Shown here one piece after another: positions 14,480 to 30,078 of a stretch of DNA of 64,000 nt. A program made the position numbers and the translations under genes. Under the pieces are notes generated by a model. It saw nothing but the letters and a program-made list of their open reading frames with translations, was not told where the DNA came from and did not search any database. How positions within the stretch are numbered: position 1 is the first letter of the stretch; each line of letters starts with the position of its first letter. The stretch comes from the human T2T-CHM13v2.0 reference genome, Homo sapiens: NCBI RefSeq assembly GCF_009914755.1, contig NC_060945.1; one strand, 5' to 3'.

Positions 14480-16430
14480 GGGAACTATATCCCTCCTTCC
14501 CTATATGAGTTCTGTTTAAAGTTGAACACAAAAGGAATTCCATGATATCTCTGACATGGAAAGGAAGCAGTAACCATTACTCCCTGAAGGCTTAGAGTCA
14601 GATGCAGCGACTGAAGAAGAAACAACTTGGGCTTGGTTTACAGATGGTTCTACACAATATACTGGTACCGCAAAGGAGAGCTGCAACACGACATTGCCAC
14701 TGAAGGACAGGGGTAAACAGAAATTCTCTCCGTTGGCAGGAATTCAAGCAATGTACTTGTTGTTCATTTTGTCTGGAAGAAGAAGCGGCTAGAGATATGT
14801 ATGTATACTGGCTTATGGGCAATGGCAAATGGTTTGGCCAGATGGTCAGGGACTTGAAATACAATTGGGAAATTAGTGACAAGAGGATCTGGGGAACAGA
14901 TATGTGGATATGTGGATAGGCCTCTCTGAATGGACACAGAGGACAAAGATATTTGTGTGCCACATGAATGCTTGCAAAAGAGCAAACTTACCCGGGAAGA
15001 TCTTAATAGACAAGACAGCCCATTCTGTAGATGTCAGTCTCGTTGCCACCTTTCCCTGGCTTCGCCCAATGGACTCATGAACAAAGTGAACATTGTAGCA
15101 GGGTTAGAGACTATGCATGGGCTTTTGCTTACCAAAGCTGATCCACCTACAGCCACTGCTGGGTGCCCAACCAGCCAGCTGCAGAGATCAACAATGAGCT
15201 CCTGATAAGTTATCATTCCCAAAGGAATCAGCCAGGCACATGGTAGCATATTTTTTACATTCTCTATCACTTCCATATGGCAGTGATAGCACTTTGGTCT
15301 CACCAAAATAGACATTTACTCTGTATATGGATTTGTCTTTCTTGCCTGCGAACCTTCTGCTAAAACCATCGTCTCTAGGCTCACAGAGTGCTTTATTTAG
15401 TGCCATGATATTCCATGTAGCATCACTGCTGATGGGAGGGCTCATTTTATAGCACATGAAGTGCCACAATGGACTCATACTTATAGAATGCCCAAGTCTC
15501 ACAATCATCCTAAAGCAGCTGGCCTGGTAGAATGATGGCATAGCCTTTTGAAGACTCAGTTGTAGCGTCAGCTGGGTGGCAACATTTATGGGCCTCCAGA
15601 ATGTGATACTTGCTCTAACTCCATATTGGCTGATGTTTCTCTCAAAGCCCGAATTAAGATGTCCGGGAATCAAGGGGTGGAAAAGGGAGTGATTTCTCTT
15701 ACTAGTCCCTTAATAATTCACAAGCAAAGTTTTTGCTTTTTGTCCCCATGATTTTGGGTTCTGCTTGTCTAGAGGTGTTTGATTCTGACAGAAGACACAA
15801 CAGTGGTTCTATTAAACTGGAAGCTGAGACTGCCACCTGGCTCCTTTGTGTTTCTCGTGCCATGAACCAACAAGTGGAGAAAGAGCTTACTGCACTGACT
15901 GGGGTGCTCCATCCTGACTCTCAAGTGGAAACTGGGTGGTGACCTCACATGAGGGCAGATGAGCGGATGTCTGAACCATAGGAGATCCTCTTGGGCACCT
16001 CTTAGCACTCCCATGTCCTGTGACAAAAGTTAGCAGGAAACGACAACAAGCCAGCTCAGACAGGATTGCCAGTGGCACAGAGCTTTCAGGAATGATGAAA
16101 GCATGGCTGCTGAGGTGCTTGCTACAAACAAAGAAAATATGGACTGGGTGGGGAAGAAGTAAGTGATGAATGTCAGCCATGACCATGTGGCCAGTTGAAG
16201 AAAACAAAGACTGTCATCATGATTAGTAATTTCAAAAAGGGACCCAGCTAGAAGAGAAATGAGTATCACACAAAGATGGATAAGAGGAAGATTTGTGTAT
16301 CCTCTTTTGGGGAAAGGATGACATGTTTGGGGTGTTCAAGTTGTGCATCCTGTTAGGTGGAGGCATTATTTTTCTACTGCCTTTATTTGGAGGTAATGGT
16401 TCAAAGAGGTGTGTGTGGATACCAAGTTGA
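14480..16430 (+). pseudogene. Decayed ERVL-class internal region (RNase H, integrase, dUTPase) preceded by an LTR33-like fragment
   Basis: AWFTDGS at ~14630; LLTKAD..TATAGCPT.Q (integrase Zn region); ATAGACATTTACTCTGTATATGGATTT (IDxYSxYGF); LNWKLRLPPG at ~15810 (ERVL dUTPase); many stops and frameshifts. Confidence 0.85.
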
Positions 16431-16439
16431 TATAGAGTC

Positions 16440-16661
16440 CAGGGGTGTCCAATCTTTTAGCTTCTCTGGGCCACATTGGAAGAAGTATTGTCTTGGGCCA
16501 CACATATGACACATTAACACTAATGATAGCTGATGAGCTTTAAAAAAAATTGCAAAAATAATCTCATAATGTTTTCAGAAAGTTTACAAATTTGTGTTGG
16601 TCCATATTCAAAGCTGTCCTGTGCCGCATGCAGACCTCAGGCCACAGGTTGGGCAAGCTTG
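16440..16661 (+). mobile_element. MER30 hAT DNA transposon
   Basis: CAGGGGTGTCCAATCTTTTAGCTTCTCTGGGCCACATTGGAAGAAG...GGCCACAGGTTGGGCAAGCTTG. Confidence 0.9.
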
Positions 16662-16794
16662 GTGTAGCCTGTGTTAGATTGTCCTATTGACAACTTGGTT
16701 GAGTTGGAAATTTCACTCCCAGAATCCTCTTCTCTATATGATTCCGCGTTAAATTTGGCCAAAAGGGGAACTTGAAAAAGATCTGGGAGGCAGA

Positions 16795-17383
<589 letters not shown>

Positions 17384-17582
17384 TCATGGTCCCACTTGGT
17401 GGCTGGATGTACCTGGTCTCTCACATTTCTCCTGAAAGCTCCAACTTGTCCACCTACACCAGTGCTTCAGGGAAAGCTGGTTAATGACTTCATCTCTAGC
17501 CCTCTAACTCTCCTTAACTACCTTCACCTCCCCAGTTCCTCTCATCATTATGTAAGGTCTAATTCCTGAACTAAATGTCTTA

Positions 17583-17682
17583 TTAGGTTGCTGCAAAAGT
17601 AATTGCTGTTTTTGCCATACTTTCAATGCCATTACTTTTGAAAGGAATGGCAAAAACCGCAATTACTTTTGCACCAACTTAA
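17583..17682. mobile_element. MADE1 (Hsmar1-derived MITE), palindromic
   Basis: TTAGGTTGCTGCAAAAGTAATTGC...GCAATTACTTTTGCACCAACTTAA flanked by TA on both sides. Confidence 0.95.
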
Positions 17683-17769
17683 TATCTAACAACATTGATA
17701 GTGGTTCCACTTCCCTGGATGTATTTTGGCTTCCATACTAGGTGGCATGGGGGAGGGGAGGTGGGGATA

Positions 17770-18315
17770 TACTAGAGTTCCTTAGAGAAATAGGGCCCAT
17801 ACTATATATATATTATACATATATATGATTTCTTATGGGAATTGGCTCATGCAATTATGGAGACCAGGAAGTCCCATGATGTACTGTTGCAAGGTGGGGA
17901 ACCAAAAAAGCCAGTGATGTAATTCAGATTCCACAGGCCTGTGAAACAGGGGAGGCAATGGCCTCCTAGTCCGAGGCCAAAGGCCTGAGGACTGCAGTGG
18001 GACAGGGGAGGCCTGGAGGGTAAGTTCCAGGGTCCACTGGCTGGAGAAGCAGAAGCACAGAAGTCTAGATGGAGGTCCCAGTGCAAGGAAAAAGAGAATG
18101 TGCCCTTCCTCCCCCTTTTTGTTTTATTTCAGGCCTGCAATGGATTAGATGATGCCTACCCACAATGGGGAGGGTGGGTCTTCTTGACTCCATCCACTGA
18201 TTCAAACGCAAATCTCCTTCAGAAACACCCTTGTAGACACACCCAGAAATAATGTTTTACCAGCTATCTTGGCCACCCTTAGCCAGGCAACTGGACAAGT
18301 AAAATTAACCATGAC
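17770..18315 (-). mobile_element. MLT2 (ERVL) LTR
   Basis: GGAATTGGCTCATGCAATTATGGAG; ACACACCCAGAAATAATGTTTTACCAGCTATC; end AAAATTAACCATGAC. Confidence 0.85.
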
Positions 18316-18839
18316 TAGTAGTGAATTGCACACTTGTGCTGGAAGTTTCCATCCATCAAGAGGTACATCATTTCTGCTTAAGCCTTATTAGCCAAAGCAG
18401 ATCCGATGGCCACACCTAACTTCAAAAATGGCAGGGAAATGCGATCCTATTGAGCCTAAAAGGAACTTGAACCAGAATATTTGTGAACATGTGAAGGTGA
18501 CCACCATGCATAGGAAATAAGTAAATGACCAATAGATATTTGGATATTTGGATGAATGTATAGATGTGAGATTTTAAATATTTATAAAGGTCAGTAGAAA
18601 TCAACAAAGAGGAAAACAAATTTTATTGGTCAGGTCTCATGCACTATGCACTAACCTTGTATAAAATCACTTACAAGCTTTTCGTTAGACCTCAAAAACT
18701 CCTATAAAATAAATTTCCTTCTCATTTTACAAACTCCATGAAATCAGGAACCATGCTTTTTTTAATGGGCTGTATTTTTTAGAGCAGTTTTATGTTTACA
18801 GGAAAAACATTGAGAAGATAGTCTGGAGAGTTTACATAA

Positions 18840-19578
18840 TGTTGATGAAAAGAGTCAAACTCTGTAAAATATTTGAAGAGATTTATTCTGAGCCAAATAT
18901 GAGTGACCATGGCCTGCGACACAGCCCTCAGGAGGTCCTGAGAACATGTGTCCGAGGTGGTTGGGGTACAGCCTGGTTTTATGTATTTTAGGGAGGCATA
19001 TTTTAGGGAGCAATCAAATACATTTAAGAAATACATTGGTTTGGTTTAGAAAGGCGGACAACTCAAAGCAGGGGCTTCCAGGCTATAGGGAAATTTAAAC
19101 GTTTTCTGGTTGACAATTGGTTGAGGTTATCTGAACACCTGGGATTGATAGAAAGAATGTTCACGTTAAAGATAAAGGATTGTGGAGACCAAGTTTTATT
19201 GTGCAGATGAAGTTCTTACCAGACTTTAGAGACAGCAGGTGGTAAATTGTTTTATATCAGACTTAAAAGGGCACCAGGCTCTTAGTTGATTATCTCCTGG
19301 ATTTGGGAAGGAAGGAAGGAAGGAAAACCAAGGGGAAAAGGGATTCTCTACAGAATGTGGTTTTTTCCCACAAGAGACTTTGCAGGGCAATTTCAAGGTA
19401 TGGCAAGGAAATATATTTTGGGGTAAAACATTTTGATTTTCTTCCTTGTTATGCCAGAGTCAGATTGGAAAGTCACGAGATACAGGATTAAATAAAATCC
19501 ATTTGATAAAAATTTCTGGTTTTTAGGACCTCTTAGAAAGGAATTTGGGTAAGGTAAAAAATCAGAGTTTAGTCTTCA
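18840..19578 (-). mobile_element. 3' LTR of a MER4-group provirus (MER4E-like)
   Basis: TGTTGATGAAAAGAGTCAAACTC...AATCAGAGTTTAGTCTTCA; adjacent GTCCTCCCTCTT is a polypurine tract on the minus strand. Confidence 0.9.
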
Positions 19579-22500
19579 GTCCTCCCTCTTGGCCAAAAAG
19601 CATTCACAGAAAGCATATGCAGGCCAACAGCGGCAGATTCCATGGCTCTAGGAGCACTTATTCCTAGAGTTGTCTGATCTGTTCATTTGGCGAGGTCCCA
19701 CGGTGCTAGGAAGGCTTATTCCTAGTGTAGTCTGGTTGATGGTAGTTTTAAATATTAGCGATTTGGATAATGGGGGGAGGACATGGTCTGACCTGATGCA
19801 ATAGCCAATTGTTTACCGAGTGAGATGGAGTCAGGCCTAGGGTTTAGCCTAAAAAAAACCATCCCGGATCAGATCTATTTTCTGAGTTATTATGATCCAG
19901 GTTTTTAATTGTGTCTTTCCTTTTGCTGTACCTGGCATAATATTTGCAAGAAAATGTCTAATGTTAATATAGTAACAAATATAAAGATAGTGAAGGTTTG
20001 GGCGTCCAAGGTTGTAGTTAGAATCAGAGGACACTAACCAACCCAATCAGCCAGAAAACCCCGTATGCATCATCATATTTTTGATCAAACTCACAATGTG
20101 TTTACCTTCCTTATTAAGGGTTATTTGGACCTTGTGATAAATCTTACTTGAGAATTGTGGGACAAACATTAAATTAGAATTTAATAAATGTAATCTCTTT
20201 TCTAGCCAATGTGTTTCCATAGGTATAGCATCCTATGCATATAACATAAATTAAATACCAGAAACACCTGGTCCTCAGTGTTTAAATTGTGATAGACTTG
20301 TTAACAGTAGACAAATCTATTTCCCGCCCACCACCCCCACCAACCGACTTTTGTGTTGCACCATATACTGGTATTTGGAGGGAAAAGGTTTTGTCGCAGG
20401 AGAAGTTATATAATTCTACAGTGTTATTTTTTTCCTTGGCAGGACTATCTATGGCTGAGGACCATAAGAGTTAAAAGACTTATAGCCAATTAATTGTTCT
20501 AGGCCAGATAGGAAGGGTTGTGGACAGCCATTTGTTACTTTTAAAAATTATTAGTTTAAGTAAAAAGGCCAGCAGAAAAACCAAAAGGCAAAGTTGCAAG
20601 ACTGACTTATTTTTAACTTCTATGTGTTGAGCTGCTGTGAGTTTGGTTTTTGTTACAGACTTACAGCAATTAGCTATACAAAACATAAGCACTGCTCTGA
20701 AAAATTAAAAATATATATGGATAGATAGGTTTATTTTTACCACTTATCATTGGGAGTATTATACCCAGGAAGCTTTGTGGTAAGGTATTTTATCCTGTTA
20801 GTAAATGTTTTTCTTTAATTTTACAGCAAAATTTTATGGTTGGGATGGATGCAAAAGTGACAAATAATAGTTTAGAAGACAAGCAAACTTGTTTTACCAG
20901 CTGTTTAGGCATTTTTTTTTTGGACCTCCTTTTTGATTTGGAGGGTTTGATCTTGTCCTAATTTTATCCCTCGAAACTGGCCCTTACAAATTGTACATGC
21001 CCACCTCTTCTGCGATAGTCCCTGGACCTAGAGGGAGGCAGCTTGTATAGCTCTGGCAGCAAAGCATTAGCAGTGAAACAGATCCAGACCCAGTGGATGT
21101 CAAATGAGGGAGATTCCTATCTCTGGTCTTCAGAATACCATGATTTTGGTTTGCTTGGAAGTAAAACAAAAAGAGATAAATAACAGTTATAGTTTGACAG
21201 TTATAACAGTAATTTGTATGTTAGAACAGAAAAAGGAACCTGTTCCATTAGGGCACCAACTGAAAACATGAAGAAAAATTATAATCAGGTACTTTTTAGA
21301 GGATTATTGTAGCCAAGAAATAATGATTTCATCTGTATGTAAAAAGTTAGGGTTGAAATGTAGTATTAAGTGTTACACTTTGCCCTTCAAACAATTTTTT
21401 TGCTGCCTTTTTTATTAAAGAGAATTTTATAGCCAGGCCAATTTGTGTGCAATGCTAGTTTTAGGCTTATTATGCTTGCCTGATGATTTGCATAAAATGC
21501 AGCAAGAAATCGACTGGCCATATAGACTTCTTTTAAAGTTGATTTTGCTGAAACTTTACCTAAAAATAGGCTATACTAGTTTCAGTCTTGGTAAAATAAC
21601 CAGTGTCACCAATTGTTAGGAAAAAAAAAACTATTATTGAACTTATGCAGACAACTATATTGCCATAAAATTACAATCTGAATTTTGGAGGATTCAGAAA
21701 GGGAAATTTGCTTACAAAAACATACTTTACCCAAATAATTTAAAAGAAAAAGATTTCCTTGACCCTTTTTTAACCAGAGCAGCAGCTTTGAAAACGAGAT
21801 GTTTGCTTACCTTGGAAATGTCATTTACAAATCAAACAGCTCAGGAGAGCTATTAGGCATTGTGGAATTTAGCAGCTCCTTACAATTAGTTCTAGAAAAG
21901 AGCCTCTCTGCTTATTAGGTAGCAAGATTTTATGTAAACCATTTTTATTTTATTATGGAACTTTTTGGGAAACATTATTTCCATTAATATAGAGGTAGCT
22001 TTAGTTAATATTCCATAGCAAGCCAGTAAATGCCCCATCAAAATACCTCAGTTGTTGTTATTGAAAAGTACTCACAGTTTTTGCCATCAGTCCGGATAAA
22101 TGCTCCACACAAAAGGCTATGCAGTGGAGGATTTACATGAGCAGATTTACATGTCTTCAGTTTTATGGTACTAGAAAGGGGAAAACATCCCCCAGTGAGT
22201 TAGATATAGTACCCACTTTTATAAGACATTTAGGTGAAAGGGGTTACAACTACCTTACATAAAGCTTGTTTAAATATTTCACATTTTATAATTCTATTAA
22301 CCTATATATTTTTATGTTCTGGTCCCAGGAAGCGTTTTTACCCCCAGACCATTTTACCTTTTCTGGAGAAAAGGATTTGGGTTTCCAGCGGGGGGTTGCA
22401 TCTGTGAGATCTATGAGGGATATCAGATTTGATAAGGCTTCTTAAACAGACCTATGATTCTGTGGGAGGGGCACCATGTAAAAGAGACCCCCTTAACCCC

Positions 22501-22608
22501 CAAATTGACCATGACCCAGGTAATAGACATATCAGGTGGGAGGATATCCCAGTTATAAAGCTAGTCCAACATGGCTTGCATATGAGAGATATTAACTGCT
22601 TCATCTAG

Positions 22609-23046
<438 letters not shown>

Positions 23047-24151
23047 TGTTTGCTTTTTCAGGAATAAACCTTTGTGCATTAGTGATTGTTCAGTAGTGAG
23101 CTCTGGGTCCTGCAAGCTCTTAAATTTTGTAGCATTTAAAATTAAGAATTTTGTCCTTAAAGTGGTTAAGTGGTTATTTTTACAATTTACTATAGTAAAG
23201 TTTTTTTTTGTTATTGTTGTTGTTGTTTTTAAAGAAGCTAAATGATACCAATCTACAAAGTGGAACAATTCCTTTACATGACACCCTTTGGTTTTAAATA
23301 GTTACTTGGTTTTGCCCTTCCCCCATATCAACTATTTTCTTGGTAACCATGGGGCTCAGAGTTTTGTTGCCCTAGATTGTTTATTTTTTTCATTTAGTTT
23401 TATTTGTATAACTTCCTTTATTATAAAGCAACTCTTAAATAGTTTCTTAACCAAAAAGAAACTTAGATTTTTTTGAGAATTGATACTATGTTTATAAAAT
23501 TTTAACAAAAGCATATTTTATATTTCTACTATTTTAACTGTTTAGTAACCCAAATTTCCAGTGGGGGAAAAGAAAAAACCAGAGGGTTGAACATGACTTT
23601 GAGAATTTTAAATTACTGGAGAGTTTTGAGATTAAATTTACCAAATTAATTTTTACCAAAGATTACCAAGGTCATGTGAATTAAAAGGCATCTGAGCTAG
23701 TGTTTACCAATTTGATAAGCATTTACAATTTTTTAAGTTACTTGATTAGAGCTTTTTCATGTGATTTGGTAGCGAAATATCACTTCCACATGACACATAT
23801 AGAAATAGAGATATAACAGGCATGCAGAATTAAAAGGCAGGTCTTTACTTGTCTGTTTTCAAAAATAATTTTTTTCCTTACTTAGATAATTAGTAAAAGT
23901 TACAGGAGCCAACAAAATGTGAAGGAGAGAGCCATCATTCAAGGCCTTTTCAAAAGAGAAATGGTGGCACTTTAAAGATATCAATCTGAAGAATGTTAAA
24001 GAAACACATTATAGAATTTAAAAATTTTTAAACTTTTTGCATTGAAAAAAAGTCAATATTTGTAATAAAATCTTGTTTTAACCAATTGTTTAGTTTTGTA
24101 TTAGTGCACTTTTTTAGTATTAAAGACCCATCTCTAGAAAGATTATTATGA

Positions 24152-24453
24152 TTTTTTTTTTTTTCTTTTTGAGACAGAGTTTTGCTCCTGTTGCCCAGGC
24201 TGGCGTTCAATGACACAGTCTCGGCTCCCCACAACCACCGCCTCCTGAGTTCAAGTGATTCTCCTGCCTCAGCCTCCCGAGTAGCTGGGATTACAGGCAT
24301 GCACCACCATGCCCCGCTAATTTTTGTATTTTGAGTAGAGACGGGGTTTCTCCTTGTTGGTCAGGCTGTTCTCGAACTCCTGACCTCAGGTGATCTGCCT
24401 GCCTTGGCCTCTCAAAGGGCTAGAATTACAGGCATGAGCCACCACACCCGGCC
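24152..24453 (-). mobile_element. AluS (Sp/Sq-like)
   Basis: Antisense Alu; TSD TGATTT. Confidence 0.95.
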
Positions 24454-25210
24454 TGATTTCTTTTTAATTATAGCCAATACCAGCTGAATTATACAACACC
24501 CTTAAAAATTTATTTTACTAACCTTATTATGACTTACCTAGACCTTTAACAATGGTTAGACTTTCTGTTTTATCCTAAATATCTCTCTTCCTTGAACAAC
24601 CCAGTTATTTTATTTTAGGGCAAAAATTCACCACACAAGATTCTTTCTTATATAAAATCACTTTCCTTTTTACTTTCTTTACCAAAAATACCTCCTTATA
24701 TCTTTAACTTTTTTCATCTTTTATTTCCTGATTTCTTTACCTTGTTTTATACATAACCCTTAAATAAGGTTTGAATTGGACAAAGATATTGTACCTCTAA
24801 TAAGAATGTTAAAAAAATGTTTTCCTACAATTCTTAAATTGGAAATTACCCAGATACTTAATATCAAATAATAACCTTAGGTCCTAAATTATGACAACTT
24901 TGTTTACAAGCATTTATTCCATTACATTTACCTCATTAATTTTGTAGTTTGCCTAGATTGTTTACTAAAACTGTGAGAGCCAATATTTAAAGTTATTTTT
25001 CTATTAACCATTTTTATAGCTGTGAATTTCAGGTATTTACTTTAGTAATAAAACTTATGGTTAGTTTTAAAAGTATTTATACCAATAACTCAGTATTTAG
25101 CTGTTGTCATTTAAGCCAACAATATTTCATAAGCATATACAGGCAAAAATCATTTTGTCTTGGTCTGTGTTTTATAGTTTATAACCCTTATGGCAAAAAT
25201 TATAGTATTC

Positions 25211-25952
25211 AAGAGTCAAACTCTATAAAATATTTGAAGAGATTTATTGTGAGCCAAATATGAATGACCATGACCTGTGACACAGCCCTCAGCGGGGCCT
25301 GAGAACATGTACCCAATGTGGTTGGGCTACAGCTTGGTTTTATGTATTTTAGGAAGGTGTGAGACATCAATCAAATACATTTAAGAAATACATTGGTTTG
25401 GTTTGGAAAGGTGGGACAACTCAAAGTGGGGGCTTCCAGGCTATAGGGAAATTTAAACATTATCTGGTTGACAATTGGTTGAGGTTATCTGAAGACCTAG
25501 TCAACAGAAAGGAATGCTCAGGTGAAAGAAAAGATTGTGGAGACCAAGTTTTATTGTGCAGAGGAAGCTCTTAGGTAGCAGACTTTAGAGAGAGCAGGTG
25601 GTAAATTGTTTTATATCAGACTTAAAAGGGTGCCTGACTCTTAGTTGATTATCTCCTGGATCTGAGAAGGAAGGAAGGAAAACCAAGGGGAAAGGGGATT
25701 CTCTATAGAATGTGGATTTTTCTCACCAGAGACTTTGCAGGGCAATTTCAAGGTATGGCAAGGAAATACATTTTGGGGTAAAACATTTTGATTTTCTTCC
25801 TTGTTATGCCAGAGTCAGATTGGAAAGTAAGTCATGATATACAGGGTTCAATAAAACCCATCTGATGAGAATTTATGGTTTGTAGGCCATGAGTCCCCAG
25901 ACCCCTCAGAAGGGAATTTGGGTAAGATAAAAAAATCAGAGCTTAGTCCTCA
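25211..25952 (-). mobile_element. 5' LTR of the MER4-group provirus
   Basis: About 90% identical to 18850-19578 by eye; ends GCTTAGTCCTCA followed by TSD ATAA, matching 18836-18839. Confidence 0.92.
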
Positions 25953-25966
25953 ATAAACACCTCTGC

Positions 25967-26007
25967 AACACACACACACACACACATACACACACACACA
26001 CATACAC
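25967..26007. repeat. (CA)n microsatellite
   Basis: Interrupted CA run seen directly. Confidence 0.9.
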
Positions 26008-26045
26008 CATTTCCTCTATTATTGATATCTTACATTAGTACAGTA

Positions 26046-26784
<739 letters not shown>

Positions 26785-27114
26785 GTACATTCATCATAAT
26801 TAACGAATCGATAGTGATACATTATTATTAAAGTTCATACTTTAGCTTGATTTCCTTCGTTTTTATCTAATATCCTCTCTTCTTCAAGAATCCCATCGAG
26901 GATACAAATTACATTTCATTGTTGTGTCTCCTTTGTCTCTTTTCGGCTGTGACCACTTCTCAGATTCTCAGGCTGTCCTTTGTTTTTGGTGACCTTGACA
27001 GTTATGAAGAGCACTGTTTGGGTATTTTATAAAATGTCCCTCATTTGAGATTTGACTGATGTTTTTCTCAAATCAGACTAGTGTTATGGGTTTTGGGGGT
27101 GACCATTTACTTAG

Positions 27115-27478
<364 letters not shown>

Positions 27479-28239
27479 TAAATAAACGTTTTTTGACTAA
27501 ATGAATATTTACCAGTAAGAAAATACATTCAGAAAGTTTAAGAAATGTGTTGAAAGATATCTTGCTCATCAGAGGCAAAACTAGGATAGAACCCAGGACT
27601 CTGACTCAGAAACTCTACTTTCCACTAGATTATATTAACCTCAAAATAATTATAGCAACAGCTTCTAGACACTGTCCTAGTTAATACAGTATATATTGTT
27701 TCTAATTCTCTCAACACCATTTCAAGGAATGCATTATTATCCTATTTTCCTGAAGCTCAGGGGTATCTGGAGCATCTTCTCCAAGGTCACATGTGAAAAA
27801 GTGGCCTGGGTTTTGAACCAACTGTGGCTGCCTCTAGAGTTTCTGCCCACACCATTACCATCGCAGCGAGCTCTCAAAGACGACCAAGTGATTCTTCCCG
27901 CCTCAAAACTCTCCAAAGCCTCACCGACACTGCCAGTGAAACTTTGCCTGCCCTACGCACCCTCACTTCCCACTTTCCCAACTGCACTTCCTACTCCAGG
28001 CATGGGAAGCCCCTGGCCACTCCCCTAATGGGCGCGCTGCGTCGAGGATCTTTGTAAGTGCTCTTGTCATGCTTAGAACACCTTTCCTCTCCCATCTCTT
28101 GCCCCTCTGTGGGAGACGGGGGATCTTATTTATATTTCACCCATCAGTTTCAACTCCCAACTCTATGAAACAAACCTCTGATCCATCCAAGTGGACTTCA
28201 TCCTCCCAACATTGTGCACCTTAGTTCATAGTGCATGCC

Positions 28240-28430
28240 ACTATTATTGTACTGATCGTATCATAGTGATATTGTTCAAGTATAGCTCTTACTCTCTAAT
28301 CAGACATGGAACTTCTCTGGGCAAGGATACTTTCCTATTCATCTTTATACCTACCATAACCTAGTAGAGTGCCTGGCATATCACCAGTGTTCAATAATGA
28401 GTGAATGAATGAACAAATAAATGAGTAAAT
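28240..28430 (+). mobile_element. L2 3' end
   Basis: GAGTGCCTGGCATAT...TCAATAATGAGTGAATGAATGAA. Confidence 0.7.
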
Positions 28431-29505
28431 ATGGAAGAGTATATAACAATCTTCCAAGCAGGAACGTACAGCTCCCGAAAGTGAACTGAATGCTGCCTCC
28501 AGACTCCCTTCTCCTCCAAAGCCAGGGGCACATGGCCAATCACTCCAGGAGTTTTCCATCTTGCTATTAAATGCATCTTGTTGGATCCATGGACGAGTAA
28601 CACCAAGGACCTTAGAGTGAAGAATTGGCTTAATCTCAGTATCTAAGCAAGTTAATGAGCCAGAAATCCAGCAGAGCCTCTTCTGTCATTTCGCAAAGAA
28701 AACACAGGAAAAGTCCCATCATAAACTACCTTAAGGCCAAGTATCTGTTCCACAAAGACATTCTCATCAGCTCTGTATAGAAGAATCAGATGCTGGTTTA
28801 ATCCCCTTTCGCTTTTGCTGTCCCTGAGCAATTCAAAGTGGAGTGGAAACCTGGCAGTTAACCAATTAGCTTGATTGGAATAAACAGCCAAATTAGATAA
28901 TTAATGACCATGTTTGCCAAATTTCCACTTCATTTTTTGCTGGGTAGATACATCCCTGAGGCTACAGATACATTTACAAGCAAATTGCCCAATTTTCCTG
29001 CTGAATCCTCCTGTTTCATGAATCTCACATCTACCCCTTCTGGTTCTTTTCCATCACTTTAGAAAACAACTAGAGAAAGAGTCATGCTCACAACATCACA
29101 ACACTGGGAAACTAACCCTCACACCTGGTTCTTAGAAGGAGACTGGTGTCCACATCTGGCAGGTCAACCCAGGCCAAGGTTATGACCTTGCCTTTGCTTT
29201 CTACATCAGCATCCGCAAAATGACTGCTCTGCCTGCCCTTTGACACAGGAGCCAAGAAAAGTGGGAGATCCCCTCCTACAGGTCACATACTGGATGTGAC
29301 TTGAGGAATTGGTATCCTTCCTCTCCAGATTGTTTCATCTCACTATTTGCATGACTGGGAGAAGCTACGTCTATTGCTTCCCAAAGGCTCTTTTTGGCCA
29401 CTATTGCATTGATGGAAAGTTGAGTGGCAGGACATTTCCAGATCAAAAAAAGATTTCTGGAGGTCTAAAGGAGGCAGTTTTTTGTAATGGAAGTAACATG
29501 GTGGT

Positions 29506-29891
29506 TGTCTTCATTTGTTTGTGTTGCTATAAAGGGATACCTGAGGTTAGGTAATAAGGAAAAGAGGTGTGCAAGAAACTTGGGGTCAGCATTTGTTTCT
29601 GGTGAGGCCTCAGGAAGCTTCCACTCATGGTGGAAGGTGAACAGGAACAGTCATCACATGATGAGAGAAGAGGCGAGAGAGAGGAGGTGCAAGGCTCTTT
29701 TCAACAAGCAGTACTTGTGAGAACTAAGAGTAAGAACTCATTCATTACCATGTGAGGACTGCACCAAGCCATTCTTGAGGGATCCACCCCCATGATCCAA
29801 ACACCTCCCACTAGCCCCCACCTCCAACATTAGGGTCAGATTTTAACATAAGACTTGGTGAGGCCGAGCAAACCATATCCAAACCATAGCA
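29506..29891 (-). mobile_element. MST (MSTB-like) solo LTR
   Basis: TCTGGTGAGGCCTCAGGAAGCTTCCACTCATGGTGGAAGG; end CCAAACCATAGCA; perfect 5-bp TSD GTGGT at 29501-29505 and 29892-29896. Confidence 0.9.
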
Positions 29892-30078
29892 GTGGTCAAC
29901 AAGATAAGGAGTATAAAGCATCCTGCACAGATTTTAATCAGGTGCTGGGAAGCTAGAAGATGGGGGATAAAGAGAGTTGCAGAGCCAGTATTAGCACAGT
30001 CAGTCCACCCCGTAGCTATATTCAATTACCGGCGTGAGAGTACTCAGGAATTCTCAAACCTTTCAAGAAGCACACTTT

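Noticed and set aside
14598-16270. Cluster of ORFs suggesting a domesticated retroviral gene
   Set aside because: The ERVL motifs are scattered across frames with many stops; there is no intact pol.
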